Positions 18,714 to 26,645 of a stretch of DNA of 64,000 nucleotides are shown here, piece by piece. Below the pieces are notes generated by a model. That model ran no database searches and was not told the origin of the DNA. It was given only the letters and a program-made list of their open reading frames with translations. The stretch's first letter is position 1, and the number at the start of each line of letters is the position of its first letter. Where the stretch lies: the IMG/VR virus record IMGVR_UViG_3300044475_000063, positions 1 through 64,000 of that record; one strand, 5' to 3'. This stretch comes from a virus. Position numbers and translations under genes: made by a program.

Positions 18714-19168
18714 CTAAAAACATGCAAGCCTTTCTAGATATGCTGGCCGTTAGTGAGATTGGGCCTGCTTTGCTAGCCATTAGTGACAATGGATACAATG
18801 TGTGCGTGGGCAGCACACCAAAAAAACCGATCCTCTTCAACAGCTATGCAACCCATCCAAAAATTAGAAGTGTCGCTTTAAATAGCGATGCGGCGGGGCG
18901 TTATCAGTTCATGGGCCGATATTGGGAGCATTACAAAGCCTTGCTTAAGCTACCTGACTTTGGGAAAGCTTCTCAAGACAAGTGGGCAATTCAACTTATT
19001 AAAGAGTGCCGAGCAATTGATGATATCGAGGCGGGCCGCTTCAAGGAAGCAGTCCATAAATGTCGTAGCCGTTGGGCCTCGCTTCCTGGCGCTGGATATG
19101 GCCAGCCAGAGAACAGCATGTTTGCCCTTGAGGCTGCATACAAAGCTGCTGGCGGAGATGTAGCATAA
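18710..19168 (+). CDS. endolysin, lambda R-like lytic transglycosylase
   Basis: Matches lambda R by eye: AFLDMLA.SE, GRYQ...RYW, WASLPGAGYGQ. Confidence 0.85.
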   Translation: MTKNMQAFLDMLAVSEIGPALLAISDNGYNVCVGSTPKKPILFNSYATHPKIRSVALNSDAAGRYQFMGRYWEHYKALLKLPDFGKASQDKWAIQLIKECRAIDDIEAGRFKEAVHKCRSRWASLPGAGYGQPENSMFALEAAYKAAGGDVA

Positions 19169-19222
19169 GAACGATTAGTCATGGTATATTACTCTCTAAA
19201 TATCAGTGATTTGGAGATAAAA

Positions 19223-19762
19223 ATGCCAAAGTGCAAGAACTGCAATATTGTTTTTGATGGTGAGTATAGAAAGAAGTTTTGTTGTGCGAATTGTCAGTTT
19301 TTCTTTAGAGTAAATTCTAAAGAGGAATGCTGGGAGTGGCAAGGAAATATAGGCTCGCATGGTTACGGAGTTTTCTCTTTAGAGAAAAAATTCTATACCT
19401 CACATAGGTATTCCTATGAATTTTTCCGTGGCCAAATTCCAGAAAAAATGTTTGTTTGCCATACTTGTGATAATAGATCTTGCATAAGGCCAGATCATTT
19501 ATTCTTGGGTACTCCAGCGGAAAATGCAGCCGATATGGCTAAAAAAGGCAGATCTCCTTGGAAGGGGAAAAAGCGAAGCGATGAATCAAGGTTAAAAATG
19601 AGTTTGGCTAAAAAAGGAAGGAATGGTGTAGCTAGCGATGCTCAAAGAAAAATCGCTTCAGAAACAATGAAAAAACTATGGTCTGACAAAAACTTCAGAG
19701 AAAAAATTTCTTTTGTGACAAAAGAGCGGCATGCAAAAAATAGAATTAAGGAAGAGATTTAA
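19223..19762 (+). CDS. HNH homing endonuclease
   Basis: ATG at 19223 after GGAG. Motifs [14 protein letters not shown]...HRYSYE...[21 protein letters not shown]-rich; sits between the endolysin and spanin genes. Confidence 0.85.
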   Translation: MPKCKNCNIVFDGEYRKKFCCANCQFFFRVNSKEECWEWQGNIGSHGYGVFSLEKKFYTSHRYSYEFFRGQIPEKMFVCHTCDNRSCIRPDHLFLGTPAENAADMAKKGRSPWKGKKRSDESRLKMSLAKKGRNGVASDAQRKIASETMKKLWSDKNFREKISFVTKERHAKNRIKEEI

Positions 19763-19767
19763 TAAAT

Positions 19768-20256
19768 ATGCTTATCCTTGCCCAATATAAACGCTGGTTT
19801 GAGATAGGCGCTATTGCGCTGGTGATTATCGGCTTGTTTTGGGCTGTGCATTCTTGGTCTGAAAAGCAGCGTGAGATAGGCCGCGAGGAAATACGTAAAG
19901 AATACGCGGAGCAATTGCGCTTGGCAAAAGAGGCGTCTGACAAGGTGGAAAAAGTTTTACGCGAGCGCGTAGACGATGCAGTAACAAAGGGGAATGAACG
20001 TGAGCAAACAATCCGCACTCTTGCTAGTGCCAATAGCAATGCTTCTATCGGGCTGCGCAACGCAACGGCCTCAATTGGCAACAGCTTGCCCAGCCTATCC
20101 CAAGATGCCCTACGTAACCTCGCCAGTGCCTACGGGTCAGTACTTACAGAGTGCAACGCAAGACTCGGTGAAATGGCAACAAACGCTGAGCGACTCAATT
20201 CCGAAAAAATGACGCTCATTCAAGCTTGGCCTACTGCTCCTGCCGAAGCAAAATAG
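19768..20256 (+). CDS. i-spanin (Rz-like)
   Basis: N-terminal TM, coiled-coil periplasmic part, contains an embedded lipoprotein ORF. Confidence 0.7.
   Translation: MLILAQYKRWFEIGAIALVIIGLFWAVHSWSEKQREIGREEIRKEYAEQLRLAKEASDKVEKVLRERVDDAVTKGNEREQTIRTLASANSNASIGLRNATASIGNSLPSLSQDALRNLASAYGSVLTECNARLGEMATNAERLNSEKMTLIQAWPTAPAEAK
19994..20212 (+). CDS. o-spanin (Rz1-like lipoprotein), embedded in +1 frame
   Basis: Signal peptide with lipobox LLSGC. Pro-rich; entirely inside 19768..20256. Confidence 0.7.
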   Translation: MNVSKQSALLLVPIAMLLSGCATQRPQLATACPAYPKMPYVTSPVPTGQYLQSATQDSVKWQQTLSDSIPKK

Positions 20257-20428
20257 GAATCCACTTAGCAAGCCATTCCTTGTCTGCTTGCGAATATCGG
20301 CGAAGCTTGATCTTTGCCCGTTTCACGCAAGACAGAAATAATTCCTCGCTCGATTGAATATCGCCAAGACGCCCGATAAGCGCTTGGCGTTCTTCCTCAT
20401 CACGCATTGAGATATCCATAGAAGCCAT
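20231..20428 (-). CDS. hypothetical protein (65 aa)
   Basis: ATG at 20428 after AGGA (MASMDISMRDEE..). Last gene of the leftward operon. Confidence 0.45.
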   Translation of the reverse strand: MASMDISMRDEEERQALIGRLGDIQSSEELFLSCVKRAKIKLRRYSQADKEWLAKWIPILLRQEQ

Positions 20429-20480
20429 CCTTAAAACTCTATTCTGAATGCATTCTATAATACCGTCCAATTGATTGTTG

Positions 20481-20558
20481 CTATGAATTTCGACCAAGCA
20501 AATAGCCGACAATTGCACCGAAAAGTACGAGAAGGATTGCGAATAGTTCGTTGGTCAT
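20481..20558 (-). CDS. tiny hydrophobic peptide (25 aa)
   Basis: MTNELFAILLVLFGAIVGYLLGRNS. ATGA overlap with the stop of 20555..21235. Confidence 0.25.
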   Translation of the reverse strand: MTNELFAILLVLFGAIVGYLLGRNS

Positions 20559-21235
20559 GGCTCATCCACTTCACGATAAATAAAGCACTTTTCGCATTGG
20601 TCATTAAGTCCAATACCTGCTGGTTTCCATTGGTGAGTGCATGGATCACTTACGCCAGCCGCATTGAGGGCAGCACAGCAGAACTCGCTAAGCCACACAT
20701 CGCCAATCGGACAGTCTTCTTTCTCTACTGCCGACTTGCGGATCGTTTGCAACGCCGCTACCAGCGCCTTGTTAGGCGCACTGTTGGCGAGGATGGCGGC
20801 ATGTGCGCGCTGGTCTTCCACGATCCATTCAAGCTTGGACTTGCAGCGGTCGATGGGCACAAGGCTGTCGCCATCGTTGTAGCCGCCAGCGGCATAGCAA
20901 CAGAAGAACTCACGCAGCATTTCGCTGTATTCTTCAGCGCTTGGCTTCGCTTGTGCAGCGATGGCAGCTTGCCAGATACGCAAAAAGCCTTGCACCGCAA
21001 TTTCCTGATAACTGCCGTCTTGGTTACGGGTCATAAGCCATTTCCCAAGCTTGCTTACCTCAATCTCAAACGCCGAACGATCACCTTGCGCACCGCTGGC
21101 GACTGAGGGAGCGGCGAGAGCGGCGTTCCAGATTGCAGCGCCTTTGCTGTAAATCGAAAAGTTGCGCAGCTTCTCACGATTCGCGTCCCACCATGCGCTG
21201 TATTCTGGAGTCGATTTGAAGTCTGTCTTGCTCAT
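20555..21235 (-). CDS. hypothetical protein (226 aa, Cys-rich C-terminus)
   Basis: ATGA-coupled. The antisense ORFs are lower quality. Confidence 0.65.
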   Translation of the reverse strand: MSKTDFKSTPEYSAWWDANREKLRNFSIYSKGAAIWNAALAAPSVASGAQGDRSAFEIEVSKLGKWLMTRNQDGSYQEIAVQGFLRIWQAAIAAQAKPSAEEYSEMLREFFCCYAAGGYNDGDSLVPIDRCKSKLEWIVEDQRAHAAILANSAPNKALVAALQTIRKSAVEKEDCPIGDVWLSEFCCAALNAAGVSDPCTHQWKPAGIGLNDQCEKCFIYREVDEP

Positions 21236-21672
21236 GCTTTCTCCTTTGCGATAGCCGCAGAAATCATTTCATCAACGGCGCTTGGTACAGCTTGGCCGTC
21301 CTCATACATGGCGCGAATACACCGTCCAGAGTCAGGGCTATCACGTAGCCACCGATACCGCTCAGCATCAGCAGCGAGGGATTCGATGCGAGCGATCAGG
21401 GCGAGGACAACGTCTGGCGATGCGGCAGCGATGTATGCGCTGTCGTTGTCACCGCAGTCGTCGCCTGCCAGATTCACAGGTGGATAGCTTTGGTGGAAGG
21501 TCACGGCGATCAGTGCTTCTTCGCCAAACATGCCCATGTTATGGCTACGGCTGTTGGTGGCCGAAATAGCGGTCATGCACTGGTAGCGCTCGTCGTCGCC
21601 GTATTGCACGTACCACGGCCCCGGCGTTGCTGCCATCGCCAGCGCCTTCAGTTGTTGCAGGTCGTTGTTCAT
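21232..21672 (-). CDS. Ead/Ea22-like protein
   Basis: ATG at 21672 (MNNDLQQLKALA..TPGPW). C-terminal AERYRWLRD motif is shared with 32379..32651. Confidence 0.6.
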   Translation of the reverse strand: MNNDLQQLKALAMAATPGPWYVQYGDDERYQCMTAISATNSRSHNMGMFGEEALIAVTFHQSYPPVNLAGDDCGDNDSAYIAAASPDVVLALIARIESLAADAERYRWLRDSPDSGRCIRAMYEDGQAVPSAVDEMISAAIAKEKA

Positions 21673-21818
21673 TTTTGACGCCCTTTCCAATATTTAGATG
21701 CAACCACAGCAGACAGGCTCAATCCGAACTTCTTTGCCAGTTCCATTGCTGTAGTGCCGGGGTTTGCTTTTAGGTATGCGGCAGCTTTTTCAGCTGCTGC
21801 GCTTGGTCGTCCTGCCAT
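21669..21818 (-). CDS. small HTH protein (49 aa)
   Basis: Below the ORF-track cutoff: MAGRPSAAAEKAAAYLKANPGTTAMELAKKFGLSLSAVVASKYWKGRQK. RBS AGGAGG; ATGA overlap with the next gene. Confidence 0.55.
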   Translation of the reverse strand: MAGRPSAAAEKAAAYLKANPGTTAMELAKKFGLSLSAVVASKYWKGRQK

Positions 21819-21895
21819 ATAGCCTCCTGTGTTAGAAATTTCATACTAACACAAATACTTAAGATAGCAAACAAAGATTGTGGTATTATTGATGA

Positions 21896-22942
21896 ATGAT
21901 CTTGACCTATCGTTACCGCGTGAAATCTCTTAATGGGCTGCTCAACAAGCAAGCTCGTGCGGTAAGTTATGTCTTTAATTACTGTAATGATAGGCAAAAG
22001 GATGCTTTGCGCTTTGGCCGTAAATGGCTATCCGGTTTCGATCTGAATTACCTAACTGCTGGTAGCAGTAAAGAACTCGGACTGCATTCCGGTACGGTTC
22101 AGGCAGTATGTGAGCAATATGCAAAATCACGCTCTCAGAAGAAATTACCATACCTAAGGTATAGAGGTAAGCACTCTCTTGGCTGGGTGCCTCTGAAAGG
22201 TTGTTATTTGAAACGAGAGGGTAATTCTTTCCGCTTTGCCAGCAACACATTCCGAGTATTTGATAGTAGGCCTCTTCCAGAAGGCAAGATCAAAGATGGC
22301 ACGAATTTCTCTCAGGATTCGCGTGGCAACTGGTTCCTCAATATCGTGATCGAAGTAGAGGATGCCCCGCGCCGTGAAATATCTAGCAGATTGGGCGTTG
22401 ATCTTGGCTTGAAGGAGTTTGCGACTTTCTCGACTGGCGAGAAGATAGATGCACAAAGGCTGTATCGCAAAGCCGAGAAGCAGCTAGCAATAGCCCAGCG
22501 TGCCCGTAAGAAAAGTCGGGTGAAGGCTATTCACGCCAAGATTGCGGCACAGCGCAGAGACTTCCACCACAAGCTATCAACGCGCCTGGTGCGTGAATTC
22601 GACTACATCGCAGTTGGAAACGTCAATGCCGCTGCACTTGCAAAAACCAGTATGGCTAAATCTGTCTTAGACGCTGGCTGGTATTCCTTCAAACAAATGC
22701 TAGCGTACAAGTCCATTAGGAATGGCGCATGGTATGAAGAAGTGAATGAGAGTTTTACCACCCAAACCTGCTCTACTTGTGGCGCTTTGCCAGAGTCGAG
22801 GCCGAAAGGTATCGCAGGACTTGGAATAAGAGAATGGGTTTGTAGTGACTGCGGTACGAAACATGACCGTGATACCAATGCTGCTATAAACATTCTCCGT
22901 CGCGGACGTGCGACGCTTGCAGAAGGAAAAGCCGCCTTTTAG
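21896..22942 (+). CDS. tnpB: TnpB (IS605 OrfB-type RNA-guided nuclease family)
   Basis: 348 aa. RuvC-I GVDLG, Zn finger CSTCG...CSDCG, RuvC-III HDRDTNAAINI. The canonical RuvC-II Glu position reads AVGNVN. Confidence 0.9.
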   Translation: MILTYRYRVKSLNGLLNKQARAVSYVFNYCNDRQKDALRFGRKWLSGFDLNYLTAGSSKELGLHSGTVQAVCEQYAKSRSQKKLPYLRYRGKHSLGWVPLKGCYLKREGNSFRFASNTFRVFDSRPLPEGKIKDGTNFSQDSRGNWFLNIVIEVEDAPRREISSRLGVDLGLKEFATFSTGEKIDAQRLYRKAEKQLAIAQRARKKSRVKAIHAKIAAQRRDFHHKLSTRLVREFDYIAVGNVNAAALAKTSMAKSVLDAGWYSFKQMLAYKSIRNGAWYEEVNESFTTQTCSTCGALPESRPKGIAGLGIREWVCSDCGTKHDRDTNAAINILRRGRATLAEGKAAF

Positions 22943-22949
22943 GCGGCTT
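22929..22949 (-). terminator. hairpin AAGCCGCC-ttta-GGCGGCTT (IS right-end hairpin and/or minus-strand terminator)
   Basis: 8-bp stem. On the minus strand it is followed by TTTT. It overlaps the tnpB stop and lies 6 nt from the stop of 22955..23470. Confidence 0.5.
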
Positions 22950-22954
22950 GGACG

Positions 22955-23470
22955 TCAATCCTTGGTTGCGGTGTTCTCCACATCGCCAGAAGGCGCGGCG
23001 GCTGGCTGCGTGGCCACGGCGAGCATCGCTTTATAAGCATCGGCCATATCGGGGTCATCGATAACTTGGCGCTTGCTGTACCACTCTTCCGCAAACGCTA
23101 CGATCATTTCATCAGTGACCGAAAGCGGCACGATGGCGTAGCCTTCCGGCACCGCGGCTACTGCTTGCTGGGATGCGACAGGGTCGGCGTAGAGTGGCTC
23201 AGGGTCTTCATGTTCGTCTTCCCCTACAGAATTCTCGTATTGGAGTCGCTCTTCTTTTGCTGTAGCGTAGTCAGGGAAATATTCCCACATGCCAGAAATG
23301 ACGACTCGGTACGCAACCGGCTCTAGCTCAGGCCGCTTCATCACCTCTTCCGCCACCTGTTGCGCAGCATTGAGCTTGTGCCAGCGCGCATCATCTTTGC
23401 CGCAGTCAGTAAAGTCTACTTCCTTCATCGCCTCTACGCACTGGCGGAGGGCTTCGTGAGCGGTCGTCAT
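22955..23470 (-). CDS. hypothetical protein (171 aa)
   Basis: ATGA-coupled. Motif VPEGYAIVP..T.EM is shared with 25215..26645. Confidence 0.65.
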   Translation of the reverse strand: MTTAHEALRQCVEAMKEVDFTDCGKDDARWHKLNAAQQVAEEVMKRPELEPVAYRVVISGMWEYFPDYATAKEERLQYENSVGEDEHEDPEPLYADPVASQQAVAAVPEGYAIVPLSVTDEMIVAFAEEWYSKRQVIDDPDMADAYKAMLAVATQPAAAPSGDVENTATKD

Positions 23471-23757
23471 GCTGGCACCTCGCCGATGCAGAGCGCACGG
23501 CTAATTCCCGCCACAAGCACATGCTGGTTCAAGCCTAACTGCTTGTAGGCGATGAAGTGGATGAGCAGGTCAAACAGGTTATCGCTGCTACGGCCGATTT
23601 CATCGCAGTGATACGCCACAGCAGTGCTGTACTCGCCGCGAATAGATTGATTATGACTATCACGCTTTGGCTCGTAGTATTTCGTGACTTCCATTTTCAC
23701 GCCGTCGAAGTCATAATCAAAAACTTCGATCACTCGGCCCCATGGGAATTTACTCAT
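23467..23757 (-). CDS. hypothetical protein (96 aa)
   Basis: ORF with an RBS, part of the operon. Confidence 0.6.
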   Translation of the reverse strand: MSKFPWGRVIEVFDYDFDGVKMEVTKYYEPKRDSHNQSIRGEYSTAVAYHCDEIGRSSDNLFDLLIHFIAYKQLGLNQHVLVAGISRALCIGEVPA

Positions 23758-23787
23758 TCTCTTCTCCTATGCTGGCACTGCCAGCGG

Positions 23788-24090
23788 TTAATCATCTACT
23801 TGTTTGTCTGGGTCGTTTTCTGGATCGGTGCAAAAGCTGCACGGAGGGCTGCAAGTCGGCGCGCTGCAATAGCACTCTGTATGCTTGTAGTCATCCGGTG
23901 GCTCGACGTGCATTGAACCATTGCGAAGCTGATCGCTGACGCGGCCCCAAGCTGCAATGCCCTGCTCGATTTGCTGCTGTGATGAACGCACGCTGTCTCG
24001 CGCATCGACGCCTTGCACTTTTCGGCTAAGCCAATCGGCAACTTGGCGCGCTTCCATTAGCGCCATGTAGATATCGTCTTTATCGCTCAT
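23788..24090 (-). CDS. hypothetical protein (100 aa, Cys-rich C-terminus)
   Basis: ATG at 24090 in an ATGA overlap with the upstream gene. Confidence 0.55.
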   Translation of the reverse strand: MSDKDDIYMALMEARQVADWLSRKVQGVDARDSVRSSQQQIEQGIAAWGRVSDQLRNGSMHVEPPDDYKHTECYCSAPTCSPPCSFCTDPENDPDKQVDD

Positions 24091-24308
24091 GACTTCACCC
24101 ACCAAGCCGCAAACTCAGGCGCATAAAGCAGCACCACACAGCCAGCCACCAGACCAGCAACGCCAGCCAGATACCACGCGGTGTATTTGTTCAGCCACCA
24201 GGGGCGCGTGGTTGGAAGCTTATTATTCACTTCGATCCCTCCTTGATGAAGCCGCCAGCTATAGGCGAGAAGATCAAGGAAACCAGAAACCAAATAGTTA
24301 AGAACCAC
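24087..24308 (-). CDS. small membrane protein (73 aa from GTG; alternatively 27-aa + 47-aa peptides)
   Basis: C-terminal TM segment. Alternative reading: ATG 24310..24227 (27 aa) followed by GTG 24230..24087 preceded by AAGGAGGG. Confidence 0.45.
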   Translation of the reverse strand: MVLNYLVSGFLDLLAYSWRLHQGGIEVNNKLPTTRPWWLNKYTAWYLAGVAGLVAGCVVLLYAPEFAAWWVKS

Positions 24309-24312
24309 ATTT

Positions 24313-24438
24313 TTATTCTCCGATCATTTCAATTGGCGTTTTCCCGCCCTTATGGTTGACGATAAAAGGGAGCGCGACACTCACTGCGAAGGTAGCCACA
24401 GCCAACAGGCCTACGGCGATGCGAAATGCTTTTTCCAT
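24313..24438 (-). CDS. small membrane peptide (41 aa)
   Basis: MEKAFRIAVGLLAVATFAVSVALPFIVNHKGGKTPIEMIGE. RBS AGGAAA; first ORF after the promoter. Confidence 0.4.
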   Translation of the reverse strand: MEKAFRIAVGLLAVATFAVSVALPFIVNHKGGKTPIEMIGE

Positions 24439-24474
24439 GATTTTTCCTTTTTTCTGGTTGATTCGATGTGTTTA

Positions 24475-24503
24475 ATCATACGCACATGATTATCCGTCGT
24501 CAA
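24475..24503 (-). promoter_or_regulatory. sigma70-type promoter TTGACG-N17-TATGAT
   Basis: The minus strand reads TTGACGacgGATAATCatgtgcgTATGAT. A twin lies at 34147..34175. Confidence 0.6.
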
Positions 24504-24539
24504 CTACGAAGTTGAATTGTGCGAAAATACAACAGGCAT

Positions 24540-24570
24540 AAAAAAGCCCGACTAACAAGCGGGCTTTTCC
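24540..24570 (-). terminator. intrinsic terminator (usable in both directions)
   Basis: AGCCCG-9 nt-CGGGCT with an A6 run on one side and T4 on the other. Lies downstream of 24584..24880. Confidence 0.7.
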
Positions 24571-24583
24571 TTTGGTGCTGGCG

Positions 24584-24880
24584 TTACGTTACTTCACGCC
24601 ACATGCCGCGATGTACATAGTTTAGACAAGTAAGTAGCGTGAAATCACCATATCCATGTGACTGCCTTCCGTCTTTCATTTCAGCTATGGTTTCGCCATC
24701 TTTTACGACAATATATGCCACGTCACTTGAGAATCCGCCGATGCACTCAAAGCGACGAGTGCAGAATGAATTGTTTATTTCATCTGCTCTCTTTCGAGCA
24801 ATAGCTTCAGCAATATGTGCCTTTGCTAGCAAAATATCTGCATTGTTTTTCAGAGCAAGGTATTCTTGATATTCATTCAT
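24584..24880 (-). CDS. hypothetical protein (98 aa)
   Basis: ORF with an RBS; the antisense ORF was rejected. Confidence 0.6.
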   Translation of the reverse strand: MNEYQEYLALKNNADILLAKAHIAEAIARKRADEINNSFCTRRFECIGGFSSDVAYIVVKDGETIAEMKDGRQSHGYGDFTLLTCLNYVHRGMWREVT

Positions 24881-24909
24881 GATGGTTATCCTTTGTGTTG
24901 GTGATTATG

Positions 24910-25218
24910 TTACTCCGCTGGCTTGGCGGCAAGCAGGGCGCGGACATCTCTTATCGCCTCGTTGTATCCTTGCTCCCAAACAATTTCATCTTGCCGATTC
25001 CAATCCCAATTTTCCGGCGCTTTGCCTTTAAGCTTGCTCAGATCAACCGGAGCTGCCGTCTGTGCTTCAAAGGCGGCGCGCAACTCGGCGACAAGCGTTT
25101 CGTAGTCCGCCAACTCTTCCTTCATTGCCCTGATGTGCGCTTCGCTGCCGTAGGCTGTTCCAAAAGGAATGCGCGATTGCCAAGGCTCAGGCGTCTTTAT
25201 TTCTTTATTGGTCTTCAT
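24910..25218 (-). CDS. hypothetical protein (102 aa)
   Basis: ATGA-coupled to the 476-aa gene. Confidence 0.6.
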   Translation of the reverse strand: MKTNKEIKTPEPWQSRIPFGTAYGSEAHIRAMKEELADYETLVAELRAAFEAQTAAPVDLSKLKGKAPENWDWNRQDEIVWEQGYNEAIRDVRALLAAKPAE

Positions 25219-26645
25219 GGCTTACTCCGCTGGCCGTCAATGTCGCGTTCCCACTCACCAATAAGAGTCATGACAACAGCGAAAAACTCAGATAAAGGGT
25301 GGCTTTCATTGCTCCGGACTTCATAAGCTAAACGGTTGCCAAGTGTAAGCATGGCTTCATAATCCGCCTCGCTGTTTATCGCACGTAGGCCAGAGATATT
25401 GGTGATGCTATTCCACGCGCTAACCAAATTATTTTTTACATCGTCCGCTGGCTTGGCGGCGAGAGCGCGGATAGCGGCGGCGTCCAGTCCGAAGCGGACG
25501 CAGTCGCCATAGGTCAGCTTGTCGGCAGGTACAGGCACCATGCCCGCCTGCTGGCTCAGCGCATCACCCTGCGCGGGGGATGTCTGGACTTCAAGGAACT
25601 TGCGCACTTGGGTGTTGATGTACGCATCTTCTGTTGGCCCTTTGCGCGCCTTCGCCACATCAATTGCACGGGGCGGGATATGCGGCAGCACGTAGCGCAG
25701 CATGGCGACGGCATCGGCTACTGGCTGCGCCTGTGCTGGCGATGGGGCGGCGGAAAGCATAGACTCCCATACGTGCAATGCGTGTGCCGGTGATCCGCCG
25801 ATGCCAGATGGGGTTCCATTGTAAGCATCCACCATGGCTAAAGTCGGCTCTTTCGGCACCAACTGCCATCCTTCCGGCACCCCCGCACCCTTGCTTGCTT
25901 GGGATGCGAGAGCGGCGCGGCGATTCCACAATGCTTCTGCTTCTTCACGCGTACTCGACCCGAAGACGTTAAACCTGCAGTCTTTAGTGGTGCTGGAGCA
26001 CATCACGTCGTAGCCCTCTTCTTCGCCATCAGGGTAGTGCTCAGCAGGCGATCCGCAAAACGGGCACGGCATCAAACCGTCATCTTGCGCCTTCACCTGC
26101 ACGCTTGGCGCATCATTCCCGTTTGCGCGGGAACGGCCCGGTGCTGCGGCTGGCCGCTGGCTAACGGCGAGGATGGCGCGGGAGAATGCCCTGTAATTTT
26201 CGATTCCGCCTAAACCGGCGTATGGTTTGGCAATGGTATCGATCTGCTCATCACTCAGCGCCGCTTGCGCATGCTGCTGCGGGGCGGCGGCACGGTTGGC
26301 ACGCAATGCCAGATCGCGCTCATGCGTGAGGTGCGCAATCTGCGCCTTCAAGAGCTTGCGCTCGTCAGCCACAGCCTTTGCCGCAAATGCTGCGGCGTGG
26401 CTATCGATGTGGGCTACCAGAGAAGCATGATTCTCGCGGTAATTTTCAATTCTTGCGGCGTATTGGCCTAGCAGGTTGTTGAATTCAGGCGTGTCTATCG
26501 TATCTTCTATCACTATAGGTTGCGTAAAAAGCACGCGTCCTTCCCAATGGCATTCGTTGACAAGGCTTTCTTGTTGTTCTTGGCTTGTTTCAAACCAAGG
26601 GAAAGATTGGTCTTTTCGCGCTTGAAATATTTTTTCTTGGCTCAC
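25215..26645 (-). CDS. mosaic 476-aa protein with central Lar-like restriction-alleviation zinc ribbon
   Basis: CPFCGSPAEHYPDGEEEGYDVMCSSTTKDCRFNVFGSSTREEAEALWNRR resembles the Lar family. PEGWQLVP repeat domain; the C-terminal 50 aa resemble the leader of HigA-type regulators. Confidence 0.65.
   Translation of the reverse strand: MSQEKIFQARKDQSFPWFETSQEQQESLVNECHWEGRVLFTQPIVIEDTIDTPEFNNLLGQYAARIENYRENHASLVAHIDSHAAAFAAKAVADERKLLKAQIAHLTHERDLALRANRAAAPQQHAQAALSDEQIDTIAKPYAGLGGIENYRAFSRAILAVSQRPAAAPGRSRANGNDAPSVQVKAQDDGLMPCPFCGSPAEHYPDGEEEGYDVMCSSTTKDCRFNVFGSSTREEAEALWNRRAALASQASKGAGVPEGWQLVPKEPTLAMVDAYNGTPSGIGGSPAHALHVWESMLSAAPSPAQAQPVADAVAMLRYVLPHIPPRAIDVAKARKGPTEDAYINTQVRKFLEVQTSPAQGDALSQQAGMVPVPADKLTYGDCVRFGLDAAAIRALAAKPADDVKNNLVSAWNSITNISGLRAINSEADYEAMLTLGNRLAYEVRSNESHPLSEFFAVVMTLIGEWERDIDGQRSKP

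Larger units (their letters stand above)
21828..22953 (+). mobile_element. IS200/IS605-family element carrying only tnpB (no tnpA); ends approximate
   Basis: Plus-strand gene inside a minus-strand operon. 8-bp hairpin at the left edge (21828-35/21846-53) and at the right edge (22929-36/22942-49). Confidence 0.55.

Noticed and set aside
20471-21106. 211-aa plus-strand ORF. Smaller ORFs occur at 20637..20882, 20803..21036 and 21282..21678.
   Set aside because: They are antisense to the coupled minus-strand genes 20555..21235 and 21232..21672. There is no RBS and the composition is Arg-rich.
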